A DNA stretch of 64,000 nucleotides, from assembly GCA_048884965.1 (NCBI GenBank), contig JBHLQH010000009.1, positions 1 to 64,000 on the forward strand. Direction: 5' to 3'. The translations under genes and the position numbers were made by a program. This DNA is from Candidatus Thorarchaeota archaeon (lineage in GTDB: Archaea > Asgardarchaeota > Thorarchaeia > Thorarchaeales > Thorarchaeaceae). Positions 56,084 through 64,000 of the stretch are shown piece after piece; position 1 is the first letter of the stretch, and every line of letters begins with the position of its first letter. The notes below the pieces were generated by a model that had not been told where the DNA came from, made no database searches, and saw nothing but the letters and a program-made list of their open reading frames with translations.

Positions 56084-57229
56084 CTATTTCGCCTCCTTAA
56101 CGAGTTCTACCACCTTTGAAGCAGCTTCTTCCATCGTCTTGAGGAATGGTATTCCCGCCGTGCTCAAGATTTCCTGTCCTTGTTTTTCATTCGTTCCGAC
56201 CATTCTAATTACAAGTGGAACGTCAATTCCTTCATCGTCACGAACTGCTACGATGCCTGCTGCAACATCATCACATCTTGTGATTCCTCCCATGATGTTG
56301 ACCAAAATTGCCTTCACCTTATCGTATTGCAATGCAATCTTGATGCCCTTTTCGACTCTTTCCTTGTCAGAACCTCCTCCAAGGTCCAAAAATGTGCTTG
56401 CTTTCCCTCCGTATAATGAAACAGCATCAAGAGTTGCCATTGTCAATCCTGCCCCGTTACAGATGCAGGCTATATCACCATCTAGCTCAACATATGCCAT
56501 GCCTTCCTCTGTAGCTACTCTTTCTCGCTCATTCATCTCAGCTGGCTCTCGCTGTATTCGTTCAATGATGTCTTTGTGTCGATAGAGTGCGTTATCATCA
56601 ATATTGAGTCTGGCATCTGCTGCTAAGAATCTGCCATCCTTTGTTAGGATTAGGGGATTGATCTCTGACAGCTCCACATCGTACTTGTCCACTATTTGCC
56701 AAAGCTTTTGGAAGAAACTAGCAAGCCTATTGATATCCTTCCCCCTAAAACCCATCTTGATTGCCATATCTCGGGCTTCATATGCTTGGAAGCCTAGGAA
56801 TGGATCGACGTGATACTTGATTATCAACTCCGGGCTTTCTTCTGCAAGCTCCTCAATTGACATTCCACCAGCGGCACTACCGATCATTACATACTTCCTT
56901 TCGTTTCGATCGACGGTTATTCCAGCGTATATCTCCTGATGGATGTCAAGCTTCTCCTCTATCAATACTGACTCAACAGGCAGATTGTTGATTCTCATTG
57001 CTAGGATTTCTTTGGCATGGTTCGCAGCTTCCTCTGGAGTGTCTGCGAATTTAACGCCTCCTGCTTTCCCCCTCTTTCCAGAGAGTACCTGAGCTTTGAC
57101 AACTACAGGCTTTCCGACTTCAGCTGCTCGTTGTTTCGCCTCTTCGGGAGTTCTGGCAACTCCTCCAGGAGGTGTTGGCATGCCAAAGGCACGGAAGATT
57201 TCTTTCGCTTCGTGCTCGAATAGCTTCAT
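56084..57229 (-). CDS. sucC: Succinyl-CoA synthetase beta subunit
   Basis: MKLFEHEAK, KAQV..G.RGKAGG, EINPL, NGAGLTMAT.D, FLDLGGG, GGITRCD, GTN. Confidence 0.95.
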   Translation of the reverse strand: MKLFEHEAKEIFRAFGMPTPPGGVARTPEEAKQRAAEVGKPVVVKAQVLSGKRGKAGGVKFADTPEEAANHAKEILAMRINNLPVESVLIEEKLDIHQEIYAGITVDRNERKYVMIGSAAGGMSIEELAEESPELIIKYHVDPFLGFQAYEARDMAIKMGFRGKDINRLASFFQKLWQIVDKYDVELSEINPLILTKDGRFLAADARLNIDDNALYRHKDIIERIQREPAEMNERERVATEEGMAYVELDGDIACICNGAGLTMATLDAVSLYGGKASTFLDLGGGSDKERVEKGIKIALQYDKVKAILVNIMGGITRCDDVAAGIVAVRDDEGIDVPLVIRMVGTNEKQGQEILSTAGIPFLKTMEEAASKVVELVKEAK

Positions 57230-57309
57230 GGGTTCATACCTTCTATCAGGGGGAATTGGCGACTTGACCCCCAGCACGAACCCGCATCCATCCTTTGATA
57301 GTAAAAAGG

Positions 57310-59514
57310 TTAACTGAATGCATCAAGTATCTTCTTCAAGTGAGTATCCATTGCCTTGGCTTGTTCTTTCAGAGTCTTTTGCTTTTCATCAATCAGTCCC
57401 AATAGAATCGAGTTGAAGTATTGCAGGTCTTCAAGGCAGTTTTCCATCGTTCCTGGAGTATCCTTGTCGCAGAATTCTATAGGTTTCCCATCACTCTCTC
57501 TCACTATCTTCAGAATTCGTTCCCATTCGTTTCTAGGCACTAGAGAATGTGCTTCTGCAAGCTCGAGCAATATCCTACTAAGATCCACTTTTGCCGTAGA
57601 TAGGACCTTCATGACTCTCTTGGCATCTTTCACAGGTATTCCAAGAAGGGTCACATTCTTCCCTAGTTCTGTACAGTCTATTCTCTTCTCAACTCTATAG
57701 ATAAGTCCAGTTTTCTCAAGCTCATCAAGGATTTCCAAACCCGCTAGCGATTTACGAATAACTGAAAGTGCATACTGTGCGATCTCTTTCTTCTCTGATG
57801 CGTACTGCATGAACTTGACTAGGTGTTTACACAACCGATGCCGTCGAATTCCCTGATACTTCCAAGATTCACAAGTACATGATAATCCTTCATCGTCTCG
57901 AAGTATCACGTGGTGCCAGAGGTCTCGGCTCTCGCTGTGGATAAGACCTTCTATTTTCCTTGGAGTGACTGATACTAGTTTCACGCTTGAGTTTGGAATC
58001 TCATTCGCTCTAGTAATTGTTGATCTCACTGCTCTTTGACTAATATGAGACCTAATCGATTTTGCTTCGTCTGATAGTGTAGATTCTTTCCCTTCTCTTA
58101 CATTTGTTGAAACTGCCCAGTATGTTCTGTTTACCACGGCGAATGGATCGTCAGTGCCATCCTTGGATGCACATAACTCACCCATTACAAGGTCCTGAAT
58201 ATTTTCCGGATCATCCATATTGCTGTCGACTTCACTAAGTAGAGGTACGATGCTACCATCTGTATTCGTGTGGAAGTACTTTGATATGACTCGCTTTCTC
58301 TCTGCATCATTATCTACAACGACTATCCCGAAGGCTCTATTATCAAATCCTCGCCTTCCTGAAGAATATAGGACATCAGATAGCTGCCATTCAGAAATTA
58401 GTGTGAACTCTCCTTGCTCCTTCTGTTCACCGATCTCTTGCATGTAGACTCCTATGACGAACACAGTATATGCCTTCAGACCACTGGCAACAGCGAAACC
58501 GGTAGGCATAACAAGAACAGGAAGTAGTCTGCTTTCCCACGCATTTGAAATTATCCTTCTTTGTTCACGTGATAATCCCTCGTGGAGGAATCCAACTCCT
58601 TTTCTAAGATTTTTGGCTATCTTCTTGGAGATATCACATGCTGGATAGTGCTTCAGCACATCACTGGCAAGTTCACGAAGTTCCTCTAGATGCCCGAGGG
58701 ATAGCTTCAGGTCCAGTTTATCAGTTCCAGCCCTACCCTCGACTAGAATCGACGAAAGTTCTTCAGCGGCGCTTGCGCCAGCGCTTAGTAATAAGACTTG
58801 ACCTTTCTTTGTCATAGTGAATTCTGTTAGTTCGGTGAGGGATTCATACACATTGTCGAATGATTTGACACTGAAGATTCTCTGGATATCCGCCTTCATA
58901 TCTTCAATAATATCCGATTGTAGCCAGAGTTGTAATGCATCAATATCTGCAACAGGTGGACATACTGAGATGAACTGAATATCTTCGCTTGCTCCTTTAA
59001 TCGTAACAATTGATTTCTCCAATAGCACTCCGATGTTTGGTTGACCTATTAGATCAAGCCTATCTATGAGGACCGACTGTACATCTCTCAACAAGTCAGG
59101 CTGGGTTCGCAACGCTATACTGAAAGATCTGTAGGTTGCAACAACGACTCTACCCATCCTTCCAATAGGACTCAACGCAGCTCGACGTCTTGCTATGATG
59201 GTGGTTTCTATTCCTAGACGTGTGCATCTTTGACTTACTGAGTGGAATCGTTTCTCAGCATGATGCGGATTGGGGCAAAGGATAATCACTCTCGCCCGAA
59301 AATCTGATGATACATGATTCAGCAAAGCAATCTCTGCTATTTCATATGCTTCGTCATAGTCATGTGTTTGGAGAATTTGACTCCTCCCTCTGATGATTCC
59401 TCCTACTACCGCCTGTTTCTGGAACTCCGTAAGCTGAGCAATCCCTTGTCTTCGAAGCACTTCAAGTAGACGAGGTGATGTTTGAACAAGTTCGAGTTCC
59501 CTTAATGTACTCAA
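57310..59514 (-). CDS. Degenerate Ski2/Hel308-like helicase with inserted SWIM Zn finger
   Basis: L...GI..LT.FQ Q-motif, GVGFLHEGL, GRRGFD; Walker A and B degenerate; CTCESW...CKH SWIM. Confidence 0.72.
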   Translation of the reverse strand: MSTLRELELVQTSPRLLEVLRRQGIAQLTEFQKQAVVGGIIRGRSQILQTHDYDEAYEIAEIALLNHVSSDFRARVIILCPNPHHAEKRFHSVSQRCTRLGIETTIIARRRAALSPIGRMGRVVVATYRSFSIALRTQPDLLRDVQSVLIDRLDLIGQPNIGVLLEKSIVTIKGASEDIQFISVCPPVADIDALQLWLQSDIIEDMKADIQRIFSVKSFDNVYESLTELTEFTMTKKGQVLLLSAGASAAEELSSILVEGRAGTDKLDLKLSLGHLEELRELASDVLKHYPACDISKKIAKNLRKGVGFLHEGLSREQRRIISNAWESRLLPVLVMPTGFAVASGLKAYTVFVIGVYMQEIGEQKEQGEFTLISEWQLSDVLYSSGRRGFDNRAFGIVVVDNDAERKRVISKYFHTNTDGSIVPLLSEVDSNMDDPENIQDLVMGELCASKDGTDDPFAVVNRTYWAVSTNVREGKESTLSDEAKSIRSHISQRAVRSTITRANEIPNSSVKLVSVTPRKIEGLIHSESRDLWHHVILRDDEGLSCTCESWKYQGIRRHRLCKHLVKFMQYASEKKEIAQYALSVIRKSLAGLEILDELEKTGLIYRVEKRIDCTELGKNVTLLGIPVKDAKRVMKVLSTAKVDLSRILLELAEAHSLVPRNEWERILKIVRESDGKPIEFCDKDTPGTMENCLEDLQYFNSILLGLIDEKQKTLKEQAKAMDTHLKKILDAFS

Positions 59515-59748
59515 CGCGGCGTATCTCCTGCTGTAAAATGCGCAATTCTCTCTTTTAGTGTCTTGTATTTCTTAGCTATCTACAAATAATCGATATTATG
59601 GAGTATTTATAGTAATTTGTCACGAAAAATGGTAACGTTTGCGAATCCTGTGCTATCAGTTACTCCTACCCCTGTTATTCGCACATAACATAAGAGTAAT
59701 TATTGTTTAAAATCGCAATTTGTACCATCCTATGACCAAGACAGGCAC

Positions 59749-60519
59749 ATGAATCCTGTCTATCGAGGCTTGGAAGTAATGGCTTTCGTAGCAACTAAAG
59801 ATACTAGTTTCAGTGTAATCCTGAAGGAAGGGTTCAAGATCAAACCCAATTCAATATTCATTTGCGGTTTTCATGGGCTTGGTGAGGTCGGGTTCCTGAG
59901 TACTGCGCACCTAACTCGCACTCTTGATGCAGAACGGGTTGGATTCATAAAAAGCGACATGCTGCCCCTCTTCGTTTCCATGGAGAATGAAAAACTCGTT
60001 CTCCCGTTTGAGCTCTATTCATACGAGGAGAAGAACATGATTTTCTTTGTCCCACGCTTTCAGCCTCATCAGAGTGAGCAATGGGGCTTTATTGAGAAAC
60101 TTGCAGAATGGATTGTAGAACAGAAGTTTGGAGAAGTACTGCTTCTTGGAGGTCTTGATGCCAGCTTCAAAGAAGATGAGGCGGATATGCGATGCGTTCC
60201 CACAACTATCTATCATGAGAAGCTTGAGAAGTGGTCAGTTCCTCTTCTAGAAGAAGGTCTCTTCGTTGCAGGTCCGCTTGCTCTATTATTGGCAGAGCTT
60301 GAGATGAAAAACGCTCCCGGTATCGGCCTTCTTACGTATGCTACTCGAGGACGACCTGACCCTCGTTCAGCAGCGACAATGCTTGAGAAAATCAATGAGG
60401 TCTATGGAGTCAGTGCTAATGTTGACCAGTTGATTGAAGAGAGCAAAGAAATCGAGCGTCTTGAGAAGATGCGGAAATCGATCGAGGCTGATTCAGATCC
60501 CTCGCAGATGTATCTCTAG
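59749..60519 (+). CDS. PAC2-family proteasome assembly chaperone
   Basis: GF.GLG.VG, LLGGL, .GPLA.LL, PDPRSAA, L.EE...IE, C-terminal MYL HbYX-like tail. Confidence 0.85.
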   Translation: MNPVYRGLEVMAFVATKDTSFSVILKEGFKIKPNSIFICGFHGLGEVGFLSTAHLTRTLDAERVGFIKSDMLPLFVSMENEKLVLPFELYSYEEKNMIFFVPRFQPHQSEQWGFIEKLAEWIVEQKFGEVLLLGGLDASFKEDEADMRCVPTTIYHEKLEKWSVPLLEEGLFVAGPLALLLAELEMKNAPGIGLLTYATRGRPDPRSAATMLEKINEVYGVSANVDQLIEESKEIERLEKMRKSIEADSDPSQMYL

Positions 60520-60538
60520 AACAAAATGGTAGTGGTAG

Positions 60539-61081
60539 TCATCCTAGTCTTCGGAGGTACCATCCGATATCGACAAGGTTCTTGGCTACCAGCTTCTCTT
60601 TTCCTAGTTTCTCTAGCAACCGTCCATCTACCGATAGGACTGCCAAACCAAGGACGTGACCTTGCTGATCTTTTACAATCACCCGTTTACCACGTTCAAG
60701 AGTAGCACTCAAGCTAGCAACGCCTTCCTTGAGGATACTTCTTCCATAAGTGAATGCTTCAGCACTCTTCTTATTGACCACGATGATATTCTCTGTCAAT
60801 GTTGACAGCTTCTCAAGGATGGGGAGGCTTAGACGTAATCTGTCCTTAATCATATCCCCTAACCAGATTCCCAGATAGCGCACCTCAAAATCATTGAAGT
60901 CTTCATCAACCATGGACATCCAATCATTAGGTACCAGATACATCGACTTCGTATCGCCATGTTCAATCACAGCTGGAGCTAGGTTGCCAAGTATCTTGTT
61001 TGTTATTCCTTCTCCAAAATCCGAGTCCATCTGCTTCATGACTGATTCCCATAAGACCGGGTCGATAAATTCTGGCTTCAT
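60539..61081 (-). CDS. NIP7-like PUA-domain ribosome biogenesis protein
   Basis: G.WLG, F.YGR.I, LG.A, N..DIGWYLR. Confidence 0.78.
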   Translation of the reverse strand: MKPEFIDPVLWESVMKQMDSDFGEGITNKILGNLAPAVIEHGDTKSMYLVPNDWMSMVDEDFNDFEVRYLGIWLGDMIKDRLRLSLPILEKLSTLTENIIVVNKKSAEAFTYGRSILKEGVASLSATLERGKRVIVKDQQGHVLGLAVLSVDGRLLEKLGKEKLVAKNLVDIGWYLRRLG

Positions 61082-61127
61082 TGCTGATTACAGTTCCCTT
61101 GCATCGCTTATTAGATGTGTCATCCAA

Positions 61128-62771
61128 CTATGCTTCCATTGTGGAGAGTCTGGTTTTACCTATGAACAAGAATGTCGAGCCAATAAAAAGGATAGGAAGA
61201 ATGGCAGCGATTGACCCAAGGATTACATTATCGAGGAATATCTCCGAATTGAACTCGTAAAGGAAACCAACTAGGATTCCAATCATGGAAACAACTATTG
61301 TGGCAATGGTATTGATATGGAACGCGGAGCTCTTTGTATCTTCATAGGCTGGATTCATACAAGTGATTCCAATACTGACAAATATCGTACAACAGAGCAC
61401 AAGATATGCATGTACTAGCATGATTATTGCATTTAGTGGAGCAAGTAGAAAGACTACTGAGAGAATGAGGACAGGAATCAGTGTCATCGGGATCGCGAAA
61501 AGAAATGAATCAATGATTCTCGCCATCAAGAATTTAGAGGTCCCTCTGGGGACACTTTTAATGACCCAGAGGTGATCCTTTGACTCTAGGAAGCCAATAC
61601 CTCCAAAGGTCACTCCTCCGATCAGACCAAGGAACATACTGATAAAGAATGTCATAAAAACCACGAGATATACTGAATCTTGAAAACTCCCAAGTCCCGA
61701 ATAGCTGATCATCAAGGGGACAATGATTGAAAGCAGAGTCGCATAGACTACTTTTGATGTATTTTGTGCCTTCCTACTAAAGTCTTTCATCATCAACACA
61801 ATGATGACTCCTTGCGGCCCAGGAACAACTCGTCTGAGTATACGTAAGAACAGATTCTCCTTTCCTACGGTTGTTATCGTTTCTGTACGAGCACCAGCTT
61901 CCAGACTGAATATTCTATCTGGAGTTATGAATCCAAGAACTAGTACTATAAGTGCAAACAGACCTACTAATGCAAGATCTATCTCGATACCTAGACCGAG
62001 TATTTCTTCAAATACTGCTATCACTGCAGATGGCAAATTCACTCCATTATTATAGATTGTAATCCATGTGATGAGGTCCGCTGCCCACGTGGATGGCAGT
62101 ATGAGAAAGACATTGAGTCCAAGCAATTCCGCGAAGGACTCTGCAAAGTATATCAGACCATAGAGTGGCACCAAGAACACAAGGACGATTATCAGTCCCA
62201 TTCCTTTTGCTATATCATTCCCTCTGGCAGAAGTCCCAAGTCTTGCTTGGATTGCGGTGCTAATTACCGTTGAAAGGAGAAGGGTGGCTATGACAAAAAT
62301 CCCGATGATTAGGTAGGTAAACACCTGTCCAAGGATCGACACTTCATAGAAAATAATGAAGGGCGATACTAAGAGTGGTGCCATGAATATGACCAGAATG
62401 CCATACTGTGGAATCTTTGCCATGAACATACCAAATAGCATGTCCCGAGTACTCACATTGTTGCTCAACATGATTTCCCATTGACCAATCTTCACCTCTT
62501 GTAGAGAATAGGTAATTGGATAGATGAGCACCATCATCCACAAGATGAGAATGACAGAGCGCATCAACCCTGGATATGCTGCCTGTAAAACAAGCTGGAC
62601 CTGTTCGGAGAACAAATCCAAAAAGCCTTGCATTATCGCAGGAGCAACGAAGAATGCCCATACAAGTCCTATTAGAATTAGCGCGAGCATTACCTGTGGT
62701 CTTCTATTCCTAAAGCGGGAGGTTGCAACGCGAAATTCTGCTTTTGCAATGGTGGCCCATGCCTTTGGCAC
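61128..62771 (-). CDS. ABC-2-type exporter permease
   Basis: About 12 TM helices in two halves; coupled to the ABC ATPase. Confidence 0.75.
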   Translation of the reverse strand: MPKAWATIAKAEFRVATSRFRNRRPQVMLALILIGLVWAFFVAPAIMQGFLDLFSEQVQLVLQAAYPGLMRSVILILWMMVLIYPITYSLQEVKIGQWEIMLSNNVSTRDMLFGMFMAKIPQYGILVIFMAPLLVSPFIIFYEVSILGQVFTYLIIGIFVIATLLLSTVISTAIQARLGTSARGNDIAKGMGLIIVLVFLVPLYGLIYFAESFAELLGLNVFLILPSTWAADLITWITIYNNGVNLPSAVIAVFEEILGLGIEIDLALVGLFALIVLVLGFITPDRIFSLEAGARTETITTVGKENLFLRILRRVVPGPQGVIIVLMMKDFSRKAQNTSKVVYATLLSIIVPLMISYSGLGSFQDSVYLVVFMTFFISMFLGLIGGVTFGGIGFLESKDHLWVIKSVPRGTSKFLMARIIDSFLFAIPMTLIPVLILSVVFLLAPLNAIIMLVHAYLVLCCTIFVSIGITCMNPAYEDTKSSAFHINTIATIVVSMIGILVGFLYEFNSEIFLDNVILGSIAAILPILFIGSTFLFIGKTRLSTMEA

Positions 62772-63547
62772 TATTCGTTCCTCCAGCTCAAGAGAGTGCT
62801 TCTATCAACCTCTCCGCCAACAAGCTTTAGGTATGCAGCTTCCAAATCTTTGGTCTGAGTCTTTTCGATTATCTCCTGAGGTGTATCCAGTACGATTAGC
62901 TTTCCCTCATTCAGAATACCAATGGTTTCGCATACATCCTCGGCAAAATCTATCATGTGAGTACAGATGAAGAATGTAGTATCCATCTCCTCTGTCATGG
63001 CTAGAATGAGTTCCTTTACAAGAGCACTAGCAGCTGGATCAAGGCGCGATGTGGGTTCATCAAGGAAGACCAGTTGCGGCTCATGGACAAATGTTGATGC
63101 TACAAGGACTTTTTGTTTCATTCCAGAGCTATAGCTCTCCAACAGATCATTCTGCCGACCTTCTAGTCCTAGGATTCCAAGGAGTCGGTCAATACGTGTG
63201 TAGAGTTGTGGTCCGCTTAGGTCATTTAGTGCTCCAATGAATTCCATGAATTCAACAGCTGAGAGCTTTGAATAGAGGCCAGGAGCCTCAGGAAGTAATC
63301 CTGTTGCTGCTTTGATCTCATTTCTCTGAGTATGAATATCATATCCGCAAACCGTGGCATTTCCAAATGTTGGCTTCAAGAGCCCTGTCAAGATACGAAC
63401 AGTCGTAGTCTTTCCTGCTCCATTTGGACCCAGGAATCCAAAGGTTGTCCCTTTCTTGACCTGAAGCGTAAGCGAATCGAGGGCTTTGATTTGACCAAAG
63501 CTCTTGCTTAATTGAATCGTATTGATTATTGAACCATTCTCACTCAA
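62771..63547 (-). CDS. ABC transporter ATP-binding protein
   Basis: GPNGAGKTT, YSSGMKQK, FLDEPT, TH. Confidence 0.93.
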   Translation of the reverse strand: MSENGSIINTIQLSKSFGQIKALDSLTLQVKKGTTFGFLGPNGAGKTTTVRILTGLLKPTFGNATVCGYDIHTQRNEIKAATGLLPEAPGLYSKLSAVEFMEFIGALNDLSGPQLYTRIDRLLGILGLEGRQNDLLESYSSGMKQKVLVASTFVHEPQLVFLDEPTSRLDPAASALVKELILAMTEEMDTTFFICTHMIDFAEDVCETIGILNEGKLIVLDTPQEIIEKTQTKDLEAAYLKLVGGEVDRSTLLSWRNE

Positions 63548-63604
63548 AAGATTGCACCCTGTTCAAAAAAAGAATGACACACAGGTTACTAATATGGCTG
63601 CTGT

Positions 63605-64000
63605 TCAACTCATCTTTTCCATCTTACAAATGAAGAACCCTTCGGTTCCGTGCAGGTGGGGCAGAAATCGCCGAGAATGCTTCAACGAATCATCGAGTTG
63701 CACACCATATGGTGTTGAATAGCCTGGACTACCAAAATCGATGTCTATCGGGATCACTCGTACCTCTGGATATCTACGTAGGATATTGTCAACTACATAT
63801 TCATTTTCCTCAGGAGCAATGGAACAGGTCGAGTAAACCATTTGTCCTCCTGCACTAAGTTTCCGTATCGCTGCATCAAGAAGGTCATCTTCTCTGGTCG
63901 CACAGTATTGGATGTCCGCCATGGTCTTGCTTGTCTTTCTACTTGGATCTAGAGGTATGAGGCCCTCTCCTGAACAAGGTGCATCTAGTAGCATCTTTGT
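63605..64000 (-). CDS. RsmB/NOP2/NSUN RNA m5C methyltransferase (5'-truncated by window)
   Basis: LLDAPCSGEG, VYSTCS..PEENE, R..PH...TEGFFI. Confidence 0.92.
   Translation of the reverse strand, partial: TKMLLDAPCSGEGLIPLDPSRKTSKTMADIQYCATREDDLLDAAIRKLSAGGQMVYSTCSIAPEENEYVVDNILRRYPEVRVIPIDIDFGSPGYSTPYGVQLDDSLKHSRRFLPHLHGTEGFFICKMEKMS

Noticed and set aside
59515-59748. AT-rich intergenic region as a replication origin
   Set aside because: No ORB-like repeats or adjacent cdc6/orc1 seen; it is adequately explained as a divergent promoter region.
1-64000. Integrase, transposase, reverse transcriptase or viral genes that would mobilise the array
   Set aside because: No ORF in the window shows tyrosine/serine recombinase, DDE or RT motifs, so the mobilising enzyme, if any, lies outside the window.

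Overview
Archaeal chromosomal window, most likely an Asgard archaeon (Thorarchaeia-like). This assignment is inferred from eL38 and eL40, longin-V4R fusions, a NosD-type beta-helix surface protein and the psmB-aCPSF1-Pus10-rpl21e-rpo4 neighbourhood. The window has three zones. (1) About 1-14.4 kb is an accessory array. At least 8 clear and 2 decayed direct copies of the 3' half of tRNA-Ala(GGC), all on the + strand, separate small 0.4-4.6 kb cargo units of 1-4 genes. Cargo includes a DNA methyltransferase, an LVIVD protein, a secreted clan-CD protease module, a nucleotidyltransferase, a choline-kinase-like enzyme, a beta-helix protein, a flavin reductase, a nitroreductase and an M23 peptidase. 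No integrase is present in the window. The most decayed copies lie at the right end. Some copies carry a BHB intron and others are intron-less, and five share a non-canonical T-loop. One boundary also resembles the 3' tip of a second tRNA (Tyr-like), and a relic of a second methyltransferase sits at the distal end. This looks like a tRNA-anchored, integron-like gene-capture array and is the best candidate for a new system. (2) About 14.5-36.3 kb holds secreted proteases (a CUB-PPC-caspase-fold protein and a 1889-aa subtilase with 9 Ca-blade repeats), an AOR with its Fe-S subunit, two longin-V4R (TRAPP-like) fusions flanking two small membrane paralogues, and an ECF transporter cluster decorated with molybdopterin-oxidoreductase-like domains. 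(3) About 36.3-64 kb is core housekeeping: ribosomal proteins, Lsm, aCPSF1, proteasome beta, tRNA/rRNA modification enzymes, Alba, tRNA-Val, SucCD, two unusual Ski2-like helicase derivatives, PAC2 and an ABC exporter. All product calls come from motif reading only; no searches were run.
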